Assembly (NCBI RefSeq): GCF_001194135.2
Contig: NC_068997.1
Location: 2,265,457-2,329,456 of the forward strand
DNA length: 64,000 bases
Reading direction: 5' to 3'
Source of the DNA: Octopus bimaculoides
Lineage: Eukaryota
In this document: positions 60,868-64,000 of the stretch, piece by piece
Numbering within the stretch: the stretch's first letter is position 1
Layout: the number at the start of each line of letters is the position of its first letter
Made by a program: the position numbers and the translations under genes
Notes under the pieces: model-generated
What the model was told of the DNA's origin: nothing
The model's input: the letters and a program-made list of their open reading frames with translations, nothing else
Database searches by the model: none

Positions 60868-63622
60868 GGAGAGAGAGAGAGAAAAACTAAAAAACTGAAA
60901 ATATTCAGGTGAAAACTCGTGTATAAACATAGATATTTAGATATTTACAAAACAAATTTACATGGCATACAAAAACTAAAGAAAACTAAGGGGAGAGGGC
61001 ATGGTATTTCAGGTCTGACAGCTGTTGCTAGGGGCTCAGAATTATGTAATAGTTGTAATGTTGGCAGATGGAGTGTGCAAAAAGTCGAGGATATGCAACC
61101 AGTATTGGATGCATCTAAACACTACTGTAAAGCTGGCCTCCATCTTCAGGGCAGAAAGATTGGCATTTAGCAGTTCAAATCATAATGCAAGAGAATTTAA
61201 GGATAGAATAAGGGTTAGGGTTAAGGCAAATAGAAGTAGGTGGAAGGAGGATGACAGCGGTTTGGGGGTGGAGGGATTGATCAAGGGATTGAGAGAAGTG
61301 AAAGTAGAAGATAGAAGAATTGTTACTGTGCAAGAGAAAATGCTTGTTAGTGTTTCTTCCGGATGTATGTTCTGACCTCAGATTCCATGAAGGTCGGCTT
61401 TGCCTTTCTTTCTTTTAGGGCCCATAAAATAAGTACCAGTTGAGAACTGGGGGTCACTGTAATTGACTTACCGCTACCATTGTCACAGGCTCTGAATCAA
61501 AAGACCTGTGATCTATAATGTAATAGCCTACAATCATCCAGCCTTTCCCCCAGTCCATGGTGCACCAAGAACTACATTATACAATGTGACTTTCTTTTCT
61601 GTGGACATATGATGGGGCAACCAAAATTTACCTGTGGTTTCAACAATTTTTACTGTTGGTTATTATGATGATGACGATGAGGATAGCCCTCCTCTTCCTC
61701 CTCATCCTCCTCCTCCTCATCATCATCATCATCCTGATATTTAATCTGCGGTGACGGTTGTGCGTATTTTCCTCTTCAATGTTGATTATTTTAAATGAGT
61801 TGACTGTAAATTACAATCATGTGACTAATTACTCAGGAGGAATTATTGTACACTTAATTTATTATCCTGATTAACTTTTGTTGTTGTTGTTGTTTTTGTA
61901 ATTAGTACTATTTATGATGTTGTAATTTTCACCACCCACATCATCACTGTTGTAGTGACCACCACTACCACCATCATCAGCATTATCATTGTCACTAACA
62001 TCACCATCATCAACATCATCATTGCCAACATCCTCTCCACCATCACTACTATCTCTATCAACCAGACAGCCACCACCACCACCAGTACTATCTTAATCCT
62101 CCTCCTCCTCATCATCATTAACTTGTGTCTTCCATGCTGGCATAGGTTGGGTGGTTCAATGGGATCCAGCAAGCTGGAGCACAGCATCAAGCTCCAATGT
62201 CTGCTTTAGCATGGATTCCACAGCTGGATGCCCTAGAGTGGATTGGCTGCTTTTATTTATTTATTCTTTTTGCCACCAGCACTGGTGAATTTGCCATCTG
62301 ACTCACAAAACAAAGGAAAGGAAAAGAACCCTCAGTGACTGGGTGGGGCTGTAGTTAAAGAAAGAGGAAGCCCTATGCCAGATGGCAAGAGGCTAAAGTA
62401 TAATAGAGTGACACACACAAGGGGAACATCACCAGGACCATCACCATGAGAACCACCTCCACCACTACCATGACAACCGCCTTCACCACCATGACAACCA
62501 CCTCTGCCACCACCACCTCCACAACTTCCACCTTCACCACCTTCACCACCACCACCACCATCAATTTATAACTCATCTATATTCTAAATTTGTTGTAACA
62601 ATATTTATCAATTTACTGTCTTTACTGACAATAACTATTTATTGGATGTCTTCCACTGGTCCAGTGGTCAGTCTGTTATCCACACCATTTTCAAAGAGGG
62701 TTCAGTATGTTATGGTTGATGCACTGGACAATCTACTGTAGTTGACAATGTCCAGAGATACACAGAGGCTGCAACACCTGAAGATATTCTTGGTCAGTGA
62801 CCAGATGCAGTAACCAGCATTGCATGGTGGAGTTACATCAAGCAGCTTTTATTTCATGCTGCTAGTTAAACTAATTGTGAAGATCACTTTATCACTTTTG
62901 TTTGGCCAGGTTGGATAGGCAGTATGATGATTGTAGCAAAGAAGTTGTATGGGGAACAAGATTGAATAAACTGACGACAAACAGTTTTACTTCAGGGAAG
63001 CCCTAGTCAATTTTTTTAGCTTAACCTGAAAAAGTGTGTGTGTGTGTGTATGTGCATGCGTCAAGGGATGTGCTGCCCTCCAGTAACTTTAATGAAAGAC
63101 GGACCAGTATGTCCAGGTGAATCTCTTTGCTCTCAGCTTGTATGTGTAGATCAGAAACGCAGTTAGGACAAGGTGCAGCCCACAAATCTAGGATAACTCC
63201 TCAGGGTAATCCTTGATCTATGAGACTCTTTGATTAACTCTTGGTGCCTGCCTCTCCTCATTAAGGCATCACATTTCATTCCTTTTGTGTACTCAGGTTT
63301 TATGTGATTGATTAATACAGATGGTGAAGCCTGGTGCTGTCTTCTGGCTTGCCAACTCCTATGAAACCATCATCTGCATGATTCTCTCTCTCTCTCAATG
63401 CTTTTATAATTTTGTCCTTCAAACATATTCCTCATCCATTGTAGATGCTTGTGGGAAAATAGGCAATTTATAATTTAAACTGCTGTTGTCACATGTAGGT
63501 TAAATCTACCTACCAGCTGAGTCTATCTAGAGGATTGCCCCCACCAACCACCTTTAACAAGGCAGAGCGGGCAATGTTCCTCTGTCCAGTGGCTATGGCA
63601 AAAGAAGTTGAGTGGTAGATGA

Positions 63623-63856
63623 GGTGGCGAGCTGGCAGAACCGTTAGCACACCGGGTGAAATGCTTAGCGGTATTTCGTCTGCCGCTACGTTCTGAGTTC
63701 AAATTCCGCCAAGGTCGACTTTGCCTTTCATCCTTTCGGGGTCGATAAATTAAGTACCAGTTACGCACTGGGGGTCGATGTAATCGACTTAATCCCTTTG
63801 TCTGTCCTTGTTTGTCCCTTCTCTATTTGGCCCCTTGTGGGCAATAAAGAAATAAG
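63623..63856 (+). mobile_element. SINE family C (tail type 1), full-length
   Basis: Highly similar to 18025-18255; ends in AAAGAAATAAGA. Confidence 0.85.
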
Positions 63857-64000
63857 ATGAGGCTGAATGGATTGAGGAAAGACACTTCCTCTTCAGTGAA
63901 GCCCTCACTGGCTTTATAAGTTTCAGTTGGAAAGGAAAGTAAGTGTGGGGAGAGAAGTACCCTCTCCTGATGAGTTTGTGAAAAGATGGGTGTCTGTGGA

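Overview
AT-rich, microsatellite-laden animal genomic DNA with 11 N-gaps. The repeat families and gene structure suggest a cephalopod, probably Octopus (inference). The only host gene visible is a class I myosin (MYO1A/B-like) on the minus strand. Four motor-domain exons (59127-59221, 39092-39196, 7515-7561, 2925-2988) splice in frame through GT-AG introns of 19.9, 31.5 and 4.5 kb; its flanking exons were not found. The introns hold tRNA-derived SINEs, RTE-type LINE 3' ends, decayed Tc1/mariner/pogo transposons, hAT- and piggyBac-like MITEs and a candidate solo LTR. The main unexpected signal is a set of type I hammerhead ribozyme motifs from apparently unrelated repeats: five well-formed copies and several degenerate ones. 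Three carry unusually long stem II insertions (53-72 nt), and two lie sense to the myosin pre-mRNA. Other notable items are a head-to-head palindromic pair of tRNA-like cloverleaves with Pol III terminators, and a DD36E Tc1 element. Folds were derived by eye and no database searches were run.
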